From contig JBHGNT010000018.1 in NCBI GenBank assembly GCA_043228905.1, positions 6,944,001 to 7,008,000 on the forward strand: 64,000 nucleotides of DNA, written 5' to 3'. This DNA comes from Azolla caroliniana. Taxonomy: Eukaryota; Plantae; Polypodiophyta. A program made the translations under genes and the position numbers. Under the pieces are notes generated by a model. It searched no databases and had not been told where the DNA came from. It was given only the letters and a program-made list of their open reading frames with translations. Shown here one piece after another: positions 1-12,654 of this stretch (its first letter is position 1; every line of letters begins with the position of its first letter).

Positions 1-137
1 TGCATATTGTATGCCCAAGTTGCATAGTCACTCTCGGTGAGCTTTTCTGTTGGTAGGGAGCTACCCATACCTCTATCCAGGTTCCTATCAATTTCTATTT
101 GGAAGTCAAAGCTTGTCTGTGTCGAAATGCTTTGTTG
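1..137 (-). pseudogene. 5' end of gag of outermost Ty1/copia element Z (continues left of window)
   Basis: Minus strand from ATG at 68 reads MGSSLPTEKLTESDYATWAYNM, matching the gag start of element B (MGSSLPSEKLDWRNYSPWEYKM). Its PBS lies on the far side of inserted element A at 19781-19792. Confidence 0.75.
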
Positions 138-142
138 GTTGC

Positions 143-183
143 TGTAAAGAATCGGATGGATTTTCTGTGCAGCGGAAAAACTC

Positions 184-234
<51 letters not shown>

Positions 235-517
235 CACGATTATAGAAAATTAGAAAACTGTATTGCAAAGGAAGCAAGAATAACCAACAATTACTAAGAG
301 AGGGAGACGGTGCTTACGTAGTCACCGTCTCTCTAAGTTCTTTCTCTAGTACCGGCTCTTGGGAAAGAGGTCGTGTCTTAACTACTTAAAGAATATGTGT
401 CATAGGACATTAACTTCTATGACACACTAGTAACTATACAAGGAGGTGGGGTGTTCACACACTTGAGTATCCTAGAGTGTGTTCCCACTCACGGGAAGTT
501 GATTTTGATTCTCAACA
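143..517 (-). repeat. 3' LTR of copia A, contains (TG)n(AG)n microsatellite
   Basis: Colinear with 4987-5245 + 9963-10025 + 19695-19753; TG...CA termini; next to purine tract TTGAAGGGGCG on the minus strand. Confidence 0.9.
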
Positions 518-594
518 CGCCCCTTCAAACACAACTTCCGGTCGTCGGATCGTCGAATGGTTGGTTCGGGTTGGTCTTCGGGGGTATAATCCTA

Positions 595-3500
595 CTACTC
601 CTTACTCCCCCTCAAGCTCAGCTGGTCGATGGTCGAAAGACCCAGGTTGATCGTGAACTGTCGCAGCTTGGTGAAGATGTTGGTCATCTGTGGGTTTGTG
701 CTAATGTGTTTCAGGTCGACATCCCCAGTCAGAACACACTCTCGGTTGAAGTGATAGTGCACTTCAATGTTCTTACTCTGAGCATGGAAGACTGGGTTCC
801 AAGTGAGGTAGACACTGCCCATATTGTCATAGTAGATGAGAATTGGATCCTTGATAGGAATGCCTAGATCCTTCAAGACTCTCTTGAGATTTTCCAACGA
901 CATTTTAAGAACATGTGATGCTGGTATCATTACGTTTTGTGAATAGAGTATCTAAACCCCAAATTTTGAGGGAATATTCCTTATCCTTCCATTTTTGTGC
1001 GATCCTTCCACTTCTGAACGCGAACATGTTTTGTGCCAAACAACTTCACATGTGGCTACGGCTGTGCCCGTGTATTCGGCTTCGGTGCTCAACAATGGGA
1101 CGGATGGTTGTTTCTTACTACTCCACGATATGGCACAACTGCTGAGAGAATAAACAAATCCGGATGTCGATCATCGGTTGGCTCTATAGCTTGCCTAGTC
1201 GGCATCGGTATAACCTTTGAGTCGTATCGGTGTGGCCGATTTGTAAAGGATGCCGAAATCCATGGTTCCACTCACATACCTTAGCACTCGCTTAGCACAG
1301 TCGAGATGGATGTCTCGCGGAATTTGCAAGAATTGGATGAGGCCGACCGGGTAACTCAGGTCAGTCAGGTAACACTGTGAGGTAGATGGGGCTTCCGACG
1401 AGTTGACGATAGTCCGTCGGCTCACACTCTCTAGTGCCTAAGTCGACATCTAGCTTTAGATTTCAATAGAGAAGTGTAGTGACGAGCTTACACTATGTCA
1501 TCCCAAACTTGTAAAGAAGATTGAGGATATAGTGCTTTTCAGAGAGCATGATGCCGTTAGGAGTCTGAATTACTTCTATTCCTAGAAAGTAATGGAGCTC
1601 CTTCATATCGGTTATTTCGAATCGGCTGGAGAGGAGCTTCTTGATGTGCTCAATATCCGCTAAAAGCTCCCCTCCAATGACCAAGTCATCCACATAAATG
1701 ATGATAAATACCTATCCTCTGGAGTCGCTCCGGATGAACATAGAGTTGTTGGACTTAGACATGTTGAAGTCGATTTGATGAAGATATTGTGTTATCTTCG
1801 AATCATGTTCTTGGTGCCTGCTTGAGGCCATAGAGAGGCGTTTTGAGTCGGCAGACATAAGTCAAATGCATAGTTGACACGAATCTTGGGTGGTTGCACC
1901 ATGTGCACCTCTTCGTCTAACTCGCCTTGTAGAAATCCATTCTTTACATCCATTTGGTGGAGATGCCACCCTTTTGCTACTGCAAGCGCAATCACGGTTC
2001 AAATTGTAGTCATCCTTGCCACTAGGGCAATACCCTCTTCGTAGTCGACACCGTGCGTCTGTATAGCCCTTCGCCACAAGTCGGGCCTTGTACCGATGGA
2101 TAGTGTCGTCAGCGTTGTGCTTTACCTTGAAGATCCACCGGCATCCAATTGCCTTTTGGTGGTTTGCAGAAGGGGCGAGATCCTATGTATCATTCTTGGA
2201 GAGTTCTTGCATCTCCTCATTCATCGCTTCGACCCATCTAGGGTCCTTCACAGCTTCGGAATAGTTTTACGGTTCTCGGACTGTCGACACCTTCATCATG
2301 AATGCATAATGATATGCCACGTAGTCGTTGTAGCCGAATCGGCTGACTACGTTCTTTTCTCAGGTGGATCGATGTGGTTCTCCTAGTGTCCTCCTGATGG
2401 GCACATCCAATCTACCAAATTCATTGTCGGGTAAGCGAGTCGATTCCTTTCCAACTGAGTCTTCGTACTCAGGCATTTTGGCCTTACCTTTGTCCTGTTA
2501 CGGACTCAACCCCGACATGCTTTGGTCGCTTGGAGGCTCTTGTGGTCCACTCAACCTGGTTGAGATTGGACTTTCCTCTAATGTGGGCCTCGGTTGAACA
2601 TTCTCCTCCACATCTGTGTCGAACTCGGTTTCGACTGTGTTGGATGGGGCTGATTTGACTGTATACCAGGATGTTGACTCGTCAAATACTACATCCCTAC
2701 TCGCCCGTACCTTCTTGGTGGAAGGGTTGAAGCACTTATACCCTTTTTGCCCGAGTGAGTACCCTACGAGTATACATTTCTCCGACTTGGGATCAAACTT
2801 CTTCTGCTTCTCGTCGGGAATATGTACATATGCAATTGAATTGAATATCCTGACGTGAGATAGATCCGGTTTCTTCCCGTAGAGCTTTTTGTAGGGTGTA
2901 ACTTTGTGCGCACCTGATGTTGTGCAATGATTCATCAGATAAACGGCCGTATTCGCCGCTTCAGCCCAATATGACTTTGGCAGATGTTTCTCATTCATCA
3001 TTATCCTAGCCACCTTGAGTATGTGCCGATTCTTTCATTCGGCTACTCCTTTTTGTTAAGGTGTGTGTCGGCAGGTAAATTCCCACCGGATTCCTTCTTG
3101 TTGAAGATATGTTGTAAAGGCGTTAGAGAAGTACTCTTTGCCGTCATCCGATCAAAGCATCTGACATGCCGACCGGTTGCCTTTTCGACTTTGTTTTTGA
3201 AACTTTGGAAGTGTTCGAACACTTCGCTCTTCTACCGCATAGGGTAGATCCAGGTATGTCTAGAGAAGTCGTTGATGAATGTTACATAGTATCGGCAACC
3301 ACCGAATGTTGCCGTCTGGGCTGGTCCCCATACATCTAGGATCCCTTTGCTTACGTTCCTCTCCTTTGGGAACGGTTGACGGTGTTGTTTTCCTAATTGA
3401 CAAGCTTCGCACACACTTGCTCTCTCCTTTTCGGTAAAAGTCAGAAGTCCGATGAAGACTCCTTTTCACTGCATTCCTTTGAGCTTTTGGAAGTTAATGT

Positions 3501-4850
3501 GATCAATTCACTTGTGCTACAACTCTATGTTAGCGTCGGCTCTCTGGCCGAGTTCATCTCGTGAGAGTCGAGGATGAACATCTGACCTTCTCTCCGACCC
3601 CTAGCGATGAGTCAGCCTTCTTTTTCGATGAAGACCAAGTTCTTTGTTATTGTAGGAACATGCAGAACGTTCTTGATGTAGGTTTGGTTGCCTTCTTCCC
3701 CAAATGGGGCATTGCCGATATGCAGAATGGGGTGCATTGTGTCATCCCCAGTTACCACATGGCCGGTTCATTCAGGCTTCTGTAGCTCTTTGAACCAATC
3801 CTCGTGGGATGTCATGTGGTTGGATGCACCCAAGTCGACAAACCATACATCTTCTAGTTTGGAGGTGTTGGACAAGTTGGAGGTTGTCATTGAGTTCGCT
3901 CTGTGCCTCATCACAAACATTCCGCCACGATTGTCATAGTGGGAGTTGGAGGCATAGTTTGTGAGTTGTCGGCTTGTGGAGGCCGACTCACTCTTCTTTT
4001 TCCGACACTCTACCTCATAGTGGCCGAATTTACCACAGTATCCGCACTAAGTGGGATTGTTTTGTCAGCTAGGTCCGGCCTGATTGCTCCCCCTTCTTCT
4101 GGACGCTCCACCTCACACGTTCGAAACGTCTTCTCGGTAATACAAGTTATGTTCTCGGGGTTTATCTTGGTTGTGCCGACCTTGGCCGAATCGGCCTCTT
4201 CTTCCCCAACCTTGTCCTCTTCCTCCATCAAAGTTCGAATAGAGCATTTGTCCTTCTTCCGCATTGCTTCTTGTTCGAACATGATTCTCCTCGACCAGCA
4301 ACATCGACTGGAGATCGAAGGAGGGAGGATTCTCCCTCATGAGGACAGCCGACCGAATGGCCCCGAACCCAGGTGCTAAGATTTCGAGGCAAATCTACAC
4401 CATTTCATTGTTGTCAATGCTAACATTGATCAACCCGAGGGCATCACACAACTCCTTGATCTTCAAGGTGTAGTTGTCAATTGACATCTCCCTCTATTGT
4501 ATACCGTTCAACTCTTGATGGAGTTGAAGCTTTCTTGCGGTCGTGTTGGCCGCGAAAATCTTCTTGAGGTTCCACCATGCCTCCTTCGGCGTTTTGGTCT
4601 TTCGGATGTAGCCGAGCATGTGATCATGGACATAGATGCAAAGCAGTACAACACACGACTCGCTGCTTGCTCCTAAGTTGGGTGGTCGGCATGTGTTGGG
4701 TTGCGTTGATTCTCGTTTGCCCCTTCGACATAACTCCAATAGCCTTGGCCGAGAAGGCATTGGTCAATCTTGTACTCCCAAGATGCAAATTTGTTTCTAT
4801 CGAGCTTTTCGGTAGGAAGTGTGCTTCCCATCTATGTGTTCATGTTGAGC
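595..4850 (-). pseudogene. Disrupted gag-PR-INT-RT-RNaseH polyprotein of copia A
   Basis: Fragment ORFs in copia domain order: gag (KKIFAANTTARKLQLHQEL), protease (WFVDLGASNHM, ~3840), integrase (CEACQLGKQ; YWAEAANTAVYL; GYKCFNP), RT (HQMDVKNGFLQG; DDLVIGG), RNaseH (GYTDAD; KNIEVHYHF). Many stops and frameshifts. Confidence 0.92.
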
Positions 4851-4974
4851 TTCTTCTTGTTCTTTTTTATGCAAACTGTGCAGATTGTTGCTACGACGAT
4901 CAGTCGGTTCCCTTCAAATGCAGAATCGGGCACATCACACGTAGAGGTGATGGGCTTCGATCAAGAAACCACAT

Positions 4975-4986
4975 GCTCTGATACCA
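4975..4986 (-). promoter_or_regulatory. Primer-binding site (tRNA-iMet) of copia A
   Basis: Reverse complement TGGTATCAGAGC directly next to the LTR start at 4987. Confidence 0.9.
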
Positions 4987-5021
4987 TATAAAGAATTGGA
5001 TGGATTCTGTGCAATAGAAGA

Positions 5022-5082
<61 letters not shown>

Positions 5083-5563
5083 CTCACGATTACAGAAAAT
5101 CAAAAAATTGTATTACAAAGGAAGCAAGAATAACCAGCAGTAACAAAGAGAGGGAGACGATGCTTATGTAGTAACCTTCTCTCTATGTTCTCTTACTAGT
5201 AGCGCCTCTTGGGAAAGAGGTCGTGTCTTAACTACTTAAAGAATATGTTGAGAGATCAAGCTCAACTTAGTTTAGTTAGTTAGTCAATCATTTAACTTCG
5301 TAGTTACCTAGATAGAATCTAGTTAGGAGTGTTGACTATAACACCTTAAATAGGACCTTGTACTTAAGTGGGATATTCTAGATCCTCCACTCCTTAGTAC
5401 ATTTAATATAGGACTTACACCTTTGTACCTATATTCTCCTCACACAGGTGCACCCTTGCACATGAGATCTATATATACCTCATTGTAGGTATTTTTGTAT
5501 TTGATGATGATAATGCTAATTTAATATAGTTACTCATCCCCCATCTTGTGTTGTTCATAAGTG

Positions 5564-5624
<61 letters not shown>

Positions 5625-5884
5625 TACACATACATATCACATAATCTTTCGCTTAGCTTAATTACATAATTAGGTATTAATTAACCCATACTTAATTATT
5701 TCCCTAATTATTAACATGGTATAAGAGCTTGTGGTTTAGCACATCCACTAAGCCCACCGCCTCTTCATAATTGTGTGTTCAAAACACCGACGACAAATTT
5801 CGGCTATCCACTACCGTAATGCCCCTACGTAGCAGGAGTACGCGATCGAAGGAAGAAAAGCAAAACGGAAGACACTACATCAAA

Positions 5885-8800
5885 ATGAATACACAAATGG
5901 GTAGCTCGCTCCCTAGTGAAAAGCTTGACTGGCGCAATTATTCACCTTGGGAGTACAAGATGACCCAATACCTTGTCGGCCAAGGGTATTGGAGCTACAT
6001 CAACAGCGCTCAAGAAAATCGACCCGACCCAAAGAACGCCGACAACTCAACATGGGAGCAAGCGGCTAGTCAAGTCATGTATTGCTTGGCAACATGTGTC
6101 CACGACCACATGCTTAGCCACATTCGAGATGCCAAGTCGCCTAAAGAGTCGTGGGAGAACTTGAAAAAGATGTTCGCCGCACGACCACCCGAAAGCTTCA
6201 ACTCCGACAAGAGTTGAACAACATTCGGCAAAAAGACATGCCCGTGTCGGACTACACCACCAAGATCAAGAGCATTTGCGACTCACTTGGCTCCAACAAA
6301 ATAAACGTCGACGAAGACAAGATGGTTCAAGTATGCTTGGGCGGCCTCGCACAACGATTCGACTCATTGAGGACGGCAATCTTGGTGAGGGAAAACCCTC
6401 CTTCGTTCTTCGACCTTCAATCAATGCTAATGGTTGAAGAGAACCATGTCCAAACCAAGATGAAGACGTCGGAAGGACAAATGTTCTTCTCAAGTTCGGA
6501 CAGTGGCCGAGGACGAGGTCACGACAGTAGAAGAGGCCAATTCGGCCCATCACACAAAGGGAACTCAAACCTTCATGGAAGCCATCAAGGAACCTTCGGA
6601 AGAAGGGGGAGCTTCCATGCCGAAAAAGGTCGGAAAATGAGGCCCGCAACTTGCAACTTTTGCGGAAAAATCGGCCACTGCGAGGAGTGCCGAAAAAGAA
6701 GAAGTGAGCTGTTTCGACAAGTCGAGAACTCACGAATTACGCCGCCAACTCCGAATACGACGACTACATCGGACTATTCGTAATGAGGCATAGAGCGAAC
6801 TCTATGTCGGTCTCCGACTCCACAAACACCTCCAACTCCGAAGACGTGTGGTTCGTCGATTTCGGGGCCTCACATCATATGATGTCACACTAAGAGTGGT
6901 TTCGTGACTTACGAACGTCGGACCAACCCGGCTTCATAGAGACAGGAGACAACACAACACATCCCATTCAGCACATCAGCAATGTTCCATTCGGGAAAGA
7001 AGGCGAGCAAACTTGCATCAAGAATGCCTTGCATGTGCCAACAATAACGAAGAATTTGGTCTCCATCAGCCAAATTGTGGAGCAAGGCATGCAAGTCCGC
7101 TTCAACAACAAAGGTTGTTTCATCGAGAAAGATGGCCGACTCATAGCCAAGGGACGGAGAGATGGTCGAATGTTGATCCTCGATTCGAACGAGGTAAAAT
7201 CGGCCATGTATGCCAAAGGTCTCAAAACCAAGACAAACATCGAGTTGTGGCACAAAAGAATCGGCCGCATAAACCTCCAACGGCTTCGAGCAATGCAATC
7301 AAAGGGAGTCGTCATCGGACTTCCGGCATTTGAGTCGAATGAGTATGCGAAGCATGCCAACTCGGCAAACAACATCGACTCACATTCCGAAGGAGAGCCA
7401 CGCAAGCAAAGGCTTCCTCGACATCATAAACTCGGATGTATGGGGACCGGCTCAAACGTCGATAATCAGCGGATGCCGATTCTACGTCACCTTCATCGAC
7501 GACTACTCGCGCTACGTGTGGATCTTCCCGATGAAGAAGATGTTGGGATTACGGTCCCTCCGGATGGGATGGTCAGATGTCCGGGAATCGGGATGAAGAC
7601 CCGGTTTCGGATCCGGATGATGAAGACCCCGGCTACGGAGCCGGATGACGAAGACCTGGTTTCGGATCCGGATGATGAAGACCCCGGCTACGGAGCCGGA
7701 TGACGAAGACCCGGTTTCGGATCCGGATGATGAAGACCCCCCCCGGCTACGGAGCCGGATGACGAAGACCCGGTTTCGGATCCGGATGATGAAGACCCCG
7801 GCTACGGAGCCGGATGACGAATGTACCCGGAGAGAGATCCGGATGCGGGGACATATTTGTGAATATGTTTGCCAAGGGCCCTCGAGGCTATATTTGTAAA
7901 TAGCCCGAAAGTCATATGTGTATAAATATGACTTAGGGCAAACAGTTTTTTCGTTGTTGCTCATTTTCTGTTTTCCACTTAGAGGGAGCGAAGTGAGAGC
8001 AGCCGAGAGAGAGAGTGAGAGAGAGAGAAAGGAAGAGGTCGACGCCTCTGTGTAATACCGCCGCCTGTGGCGAGGACATCGAGCTCAAGGTCGTCGCCTT
8101 GCAGCTCGCCATTGTACATTCCCTGTGTATAGTGATAGTTGGAGTCTTGCACTCCCGTGGTTTTTCCCGTCTAGGGTTTTCCACGCTAAACCCTGTGCAT
8201 TCGAGTCTCTCTCTGTGTTTTTTGATTTACTTCTGCATTGATTCGTGTATCCTCGGTTGTGGCCGAGAGGTGAAGGTTTTGAAAGCGTCCATTCCCCAAC
8301 AGAAGAAGAGTGAAGTGTTCTCCCACTTCCAAAAGCTCAAGAGGCAAATCGAAAATGAAACTAGTCGGCACATTCGATGCCTACGATCAGATGGAGGAAA
8401 GGAGTACTTCTCCGACGAATTCACCTCCTACCTCCAAAGTGAAGGCATTCGGAAAGAATTATTGTGCCGACACGCACCACAACAAATTGGAGTAGCCGAA
8501 AGGAAAAATCGGCAAATACTCGAGGTAGCACGGGCCATGTTACAGGAGAAGCACATGCCGAACTTCTATTGGGCCGATGGGGCATTCACGGATGTCTTTC
8601 TCATGAACCGGTGCACCGCTAATGGAGTGCATGAGCTAACTCCATACGAGCTCCTCGTCGGAAGGAAGCCGATCCTGTCGCACCTCAAGGTGTTCGGAAG
8701 CATTGCAAATGTACGCATCCTAAACGAAAGCAGACAGAAGCCTGACGCAAAGTCGGAGGAATGTATCCTCATACGATACTCATCCGAGAAGAAGGCATAC

Positions 8801-9345
8801 AAGTGCTACAACCCTTCTACCCGAGCAGTTTGGGTAAGTTGAAACATAGTCTTCGACAAGTCTGCATCCTGGTACGCACCAAAGAAAACTTTGACTCCGA
8901 CTCTGCTCGACCCAGAATCTGCCGAACAAGAGGTAGAAGATGGAGATCGCTTCTAACAAATGTTCGAAGAAAGTCCGATTACGGCAAGGCCTAGTGGGCC
9001 ACAAGAGCCCCCACGTGACCCAAGCACGTCGCGGCCAAGTTCGACTATGGACAAAGGCAAAGGTAAGATGCCTGAATACGAATTCGATCACCCTGACGAC
9101 AGTGTTTCAAATGTGTCGGCTCCCTCACTAGACAGTGAATTCGGTGTACCCATCATGCAGATACCCGGAGCAAAGAAGGCTCTCACATCGGCGAGCAAAA
9201 AACTTCGACGCTCATCTAGAGGTAGGAACGGCTCGGCTACAACGAGTATATGGCCTATCACTATGCCTTCGCGATGAAGGGAACGGCCAAACAAGAACCC
9301 AAGAGCTCCACCAAAGCGGCTCGTAACCCACGATGGGTGGAAGTA
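5885..9345 (+). pseudogene. Disrupted gag-PR-INT of copia B
   Basis: gag (MGSSLPSEKL...; degenerate knuckle CNFCGKIGH...C), protease (WFVDFGASHHM ~6850), GAG-pre-integrase (ELWHKRIG), integrase core (RCLRSDGGKEY; VAERKNR; YKCYNP). Frameshifted and interrupted by a solo LTR. Confidence 0.88.
7541..8301 (+). mobile_element. Solo LTR of the element-D family inserted in the integrase of B
   Basis: TGTTGGGA...CCCCAACA flanked by TSD GAAGA (7536-7540, 8302-8306). Highly similar to the D LTRs; carries a 4 x ~55-bp tandem array at ~7596-7820. Confidence 0.93.
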
Positions 9346-9808
9346 GTCGACCTTCGCCCACACACTACAAGCCTTCGTCACCGGCACCGAGATTGCCACG
9401 GCAAAGAAAGCCGAAAGCCGGACAGAAGCACACAAAGCCAACAAAAGCCAAAGTAGATTTCGGACGCCTCACACTTGAGCTTGAGGGGGCATGTTGAGAG
9501 ATCAAGCTCAACTTAGTTTAGTTAGTTAGTCAACCATTTAACTTCGTAGTTACCTATATAGAATCTAGTTAGGAGTGTTGACTATAACACCTTAAATAGA
9601 ACCTTGTACTTAGTGGGATATTCTAGATCCTCCACTCCTAAGTACATTTAATATAGGAATTACACCTTTGTACCTATATTCTCCTCACACATGTGCACCC
9701 TTGCACATGAGATCTATATATACCTCATTGTAGGTATTTTTGTATTTGATGATGATAATGCTAATTTAATATAGTTACTCATCCCCCATCTTGTGTTGTT
9801 CATAAGTG

Positions 9809-9865
<57 letters not shown>

Positions 9866-10584
9866 TACACATACATATCACATAATCTTTCGCTTAGCTT
9901 AATTACATAATTAGGTATTAATTAACCCATACTTAATTACTTCCCTAATTCTTAACAGAATATGTGTCATAGGACATTAACTGCTATGACACACTAGTTA
10001 CTATACAAGGAGGTGGGGTGTTCACTAGCAATGGACCCGGTTCAGTTTCGGTTCGGTTCGGTTTCTTGGCCTTGAAACCAAACCGAACCATTTATCTATA
10101 ATAAAAACCAAACCAAACCGTTTACGGAAAATTTAGAGCCAAACCAAACCGGTTTATCATAAATTAAATCAAATTAAATCATTTTTAGAGATATTGATTA
10201 TCATACATATTATGAATTTGTGTGAGAAAATCATCATAAATTTGGTTATCACAGTTCTTATAAATTTGGTCATCATACTTGTCATAAATTTGGACATCAT
10301 ACTTATCATAAATTTGATAATCATACATCAAAAGGAGACTACTTAAAATGCATATAAATTTTAATAAGTTACAGGCTAGAGGTTTAAAATTAAAAGTTGA
10401 AAGTTAGAGCCTAGATATGAAAATTTAAGAATATTTTTTAACCTATAAACCTTTAAACTTATAAACCTGTAAAGAAATGAGGAGCATGTCAAATACGACC
10501 ATTCGACTCGAAGGATACACAAACGTGGGCTAGCCAGGATACAAAGCGGATAGACGATCCACATCTGGATTCATCTTCTCCCTC

Positions 10585-10688
10585 GATTGCATTAAGAGGA
10601 TACTCCGGCATGTCAGTACTACGATGGATTACGAAATGTCGTAATCCATCGTAGTACTGACATGCCGGAGTATCCTCTTAATGCAATC
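10585..10688. repeat. Perfect 50-bp inverted repeat (4-nt loop) plus a third tandem copy at 10690-10746
   Basis: GATTGCATTAAGAGG...GGATTACGA (10585-10634) is the exact reverse complement of 10639-10688; the sequence encodes the copia RT/RNaseH junction (DCIKRILRHVSTTMDY). Confidence 0.95.
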
Positions 10689-10753
10689 CATTTCGTAATC
10701 CATCGTAGTACTGACATGCCGGAGTATCCTCTTAATGCAATCGAGGTGAACGT

Positions 10754-11030
10754 TGTTAGGATCTCGGTCCCTCCGGATGGGATGATGAAGGCCCGGTGAG
10801 AACTGGATGATGAGTATCCAGCAAGGAAGACCCGGTGAGAACCGGATGACGTAGGCCCGGTGAGAACCTCTCACCGGATGAAGCAACATATATGGAAATA
10901 TGTTTCTGAGAGCCCATTGGGGCCATATCTGTAAATAGTCCTAATGTCATATTAGTATAAATATGACCTAGGGCAAACAGTGGGTGTGTATCATTGTGTT
11001 GTTATTTTTCTGTTATATAGAGTTATTGGT
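10754..11030 (+). mobile_element. Truncated LTR fragment of the D/E family
   Basis: Begins TGTTAGG..GGTCCCTCCGGATGGGA and follows the E LTR (58568 onward) up to GAGTTATTGGTG, then joins the RT of C; no right-hand TSD. Confidence 0.8.
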
Positions 11031-12654
11031 GAAACTGTTGTGACTCGCACACGGTTGTGCCAGAATCGGCATCCATCTTGAGATTATGATCGAGAGGGGT
11101 GGACATCGGTTTGCATTCTGTCATTCCGAACACGTAGAGCAAGTTGAGAACGTAGTATCGTTGAGAGATCATTATTCCGACTAGTGTCCGCATTACTTCA
11201 ATGCCTAGGAAGTAATGGAGCTCGTGTAGGTCTTTCATTTCGAATCTACCGGAGAGAAGTGATTTGACTTTGTTAATCTCGGCGAGACCCTTTCCCCCGA
11301 TGACCAAATCATCCACGTAAAGGATGATGACAATCACGCTATCCGACTCGTTTCGGCTGTATAGGGAAGTATCGGATTTTGTCATTTGAAATCTGATCTT
11401 ATGAAGATACTACGTGATCTTCGAGTGCCACGCATGGGGTGCTTGTTTGAGGCCGTAGAGTGCCTTCTTGAGGCGGCACATAGTGTTTGGATGATTGTGC
11501 GATTCAAAGCCGGGTGGTTGGATCATGTACACCTCCTCTTCCAATTCACCTTGAAGAAAGGCGTTCTTGACGTCCATCTGGTGGAGGTGCCACCCTTTTG
11601 CTGCCGCGATTGCAATTACGGTCCACATAGTTGTCATCTTTGCCACCAAGGCAAAGGTCTCTTCATAGTCTACGACGTACGTTTGGGCGTATCCTTTCAC
11701 AATGAGCCGTGATTTAAAGCAATTTACAGAGCCGTCAACATTGTGTTTTACTTTGTAAATCCATCGACAACCAATCGCTTTCTTGTGCAGCGTTTAAGGG
11801 ATGAGATCCCATCTCTCATTTTTGCATAACACTTCCATTTCCTCATTCATTGCATCAACCCATCGCAGATCCTTTACGACTTCGGAAAACGTCTCCGGTT
11901 CCCGTATTGACGCTACCTTCATCATGAAGGCGTAATGGTACGCCATATAATCGTTGTAGCCAAAACGGCTTACAGGGTTCTTTTCACGGGTCGATCAGCA
12001 GAGTTTCTCGTTTGCGGATACCAGGGCTTTCTTCGCTCCATCTGTCTGGATGATTGGGATGTCCAGGCCTTCGAACTCACTGTCGAGGAAGTGAGTCGAT
12101 GCGTTGTCGATTGGATCTTCGTATTCTGACATCTTGGCCTTCCCTTTGTCGAGTTTCGAACTCAATCGAAATGTGCTTTGGTCACTCGGGGACTCCTGTG
12201 GTCCACTAAGTCGTGTCATTATCGGGCTTTCTTCGAACCTGCACGTGAGCCGATCTTCGTCTTCTATCTCCATTTCGTCGAGCGGAGTTAGAGTTGAAGT
12301 TGTTTCTGGTGCGTACCAGGATGCGAACTCGTCAAAGACTACGCCTCGACTTGTTCGAGCTTTTCCGGTAGATGGGTTGTAGCATTTGTACCCCTTCTGT
12401 TCAAGTGGGTATCCTACGAGGATACATTTCTCCGACTTCAGGTCAAGCTTTTGTCGTGTATCATCGGGAATATGTACATAGGCGATAGAGCCAAAAATGC
12501 GGACATGTGATCAATCCGACTTCTTTCCAAAGAACTTCTCATGAGGAGTTATGTCGTGTACTCCCGAGGTTGTGCACCTATTCATGAGGTATATGGCCAT
12601 GTTCACCGCTTCTGCCCAGTACGATTTCGGCAGGTTCTTCTCATTCATCATAGC

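Larger units (their letters stand above)
5246..9957 (+). mobile_element. Ty1/copia element B, internally deleted (no RT/RNaseH), inserted in the 5' LTR of A
   Basis: LTRs 5246-5716 and 9492-9957 (TGTTGAGA...TTAACA, about 9 differences by eye plus microsatellite length). TSD GAATA at 5241-5245 and 9958-9962. PBS TGGTATAAGAGC 5717-5728; PPT TTGAGGGGGCA 9481-9491. Confidence 0.93.

Noticed and set aside
7596-7820. Regular GC-rich repeats resembling a CRISPR array or repeat-protein ORFs (e.g. 7029-7703, 7645-7899)
   Set aside because: No unique spacers; this is a tandem array inside a solo LTR, and the ORFs are read-through artefacts.
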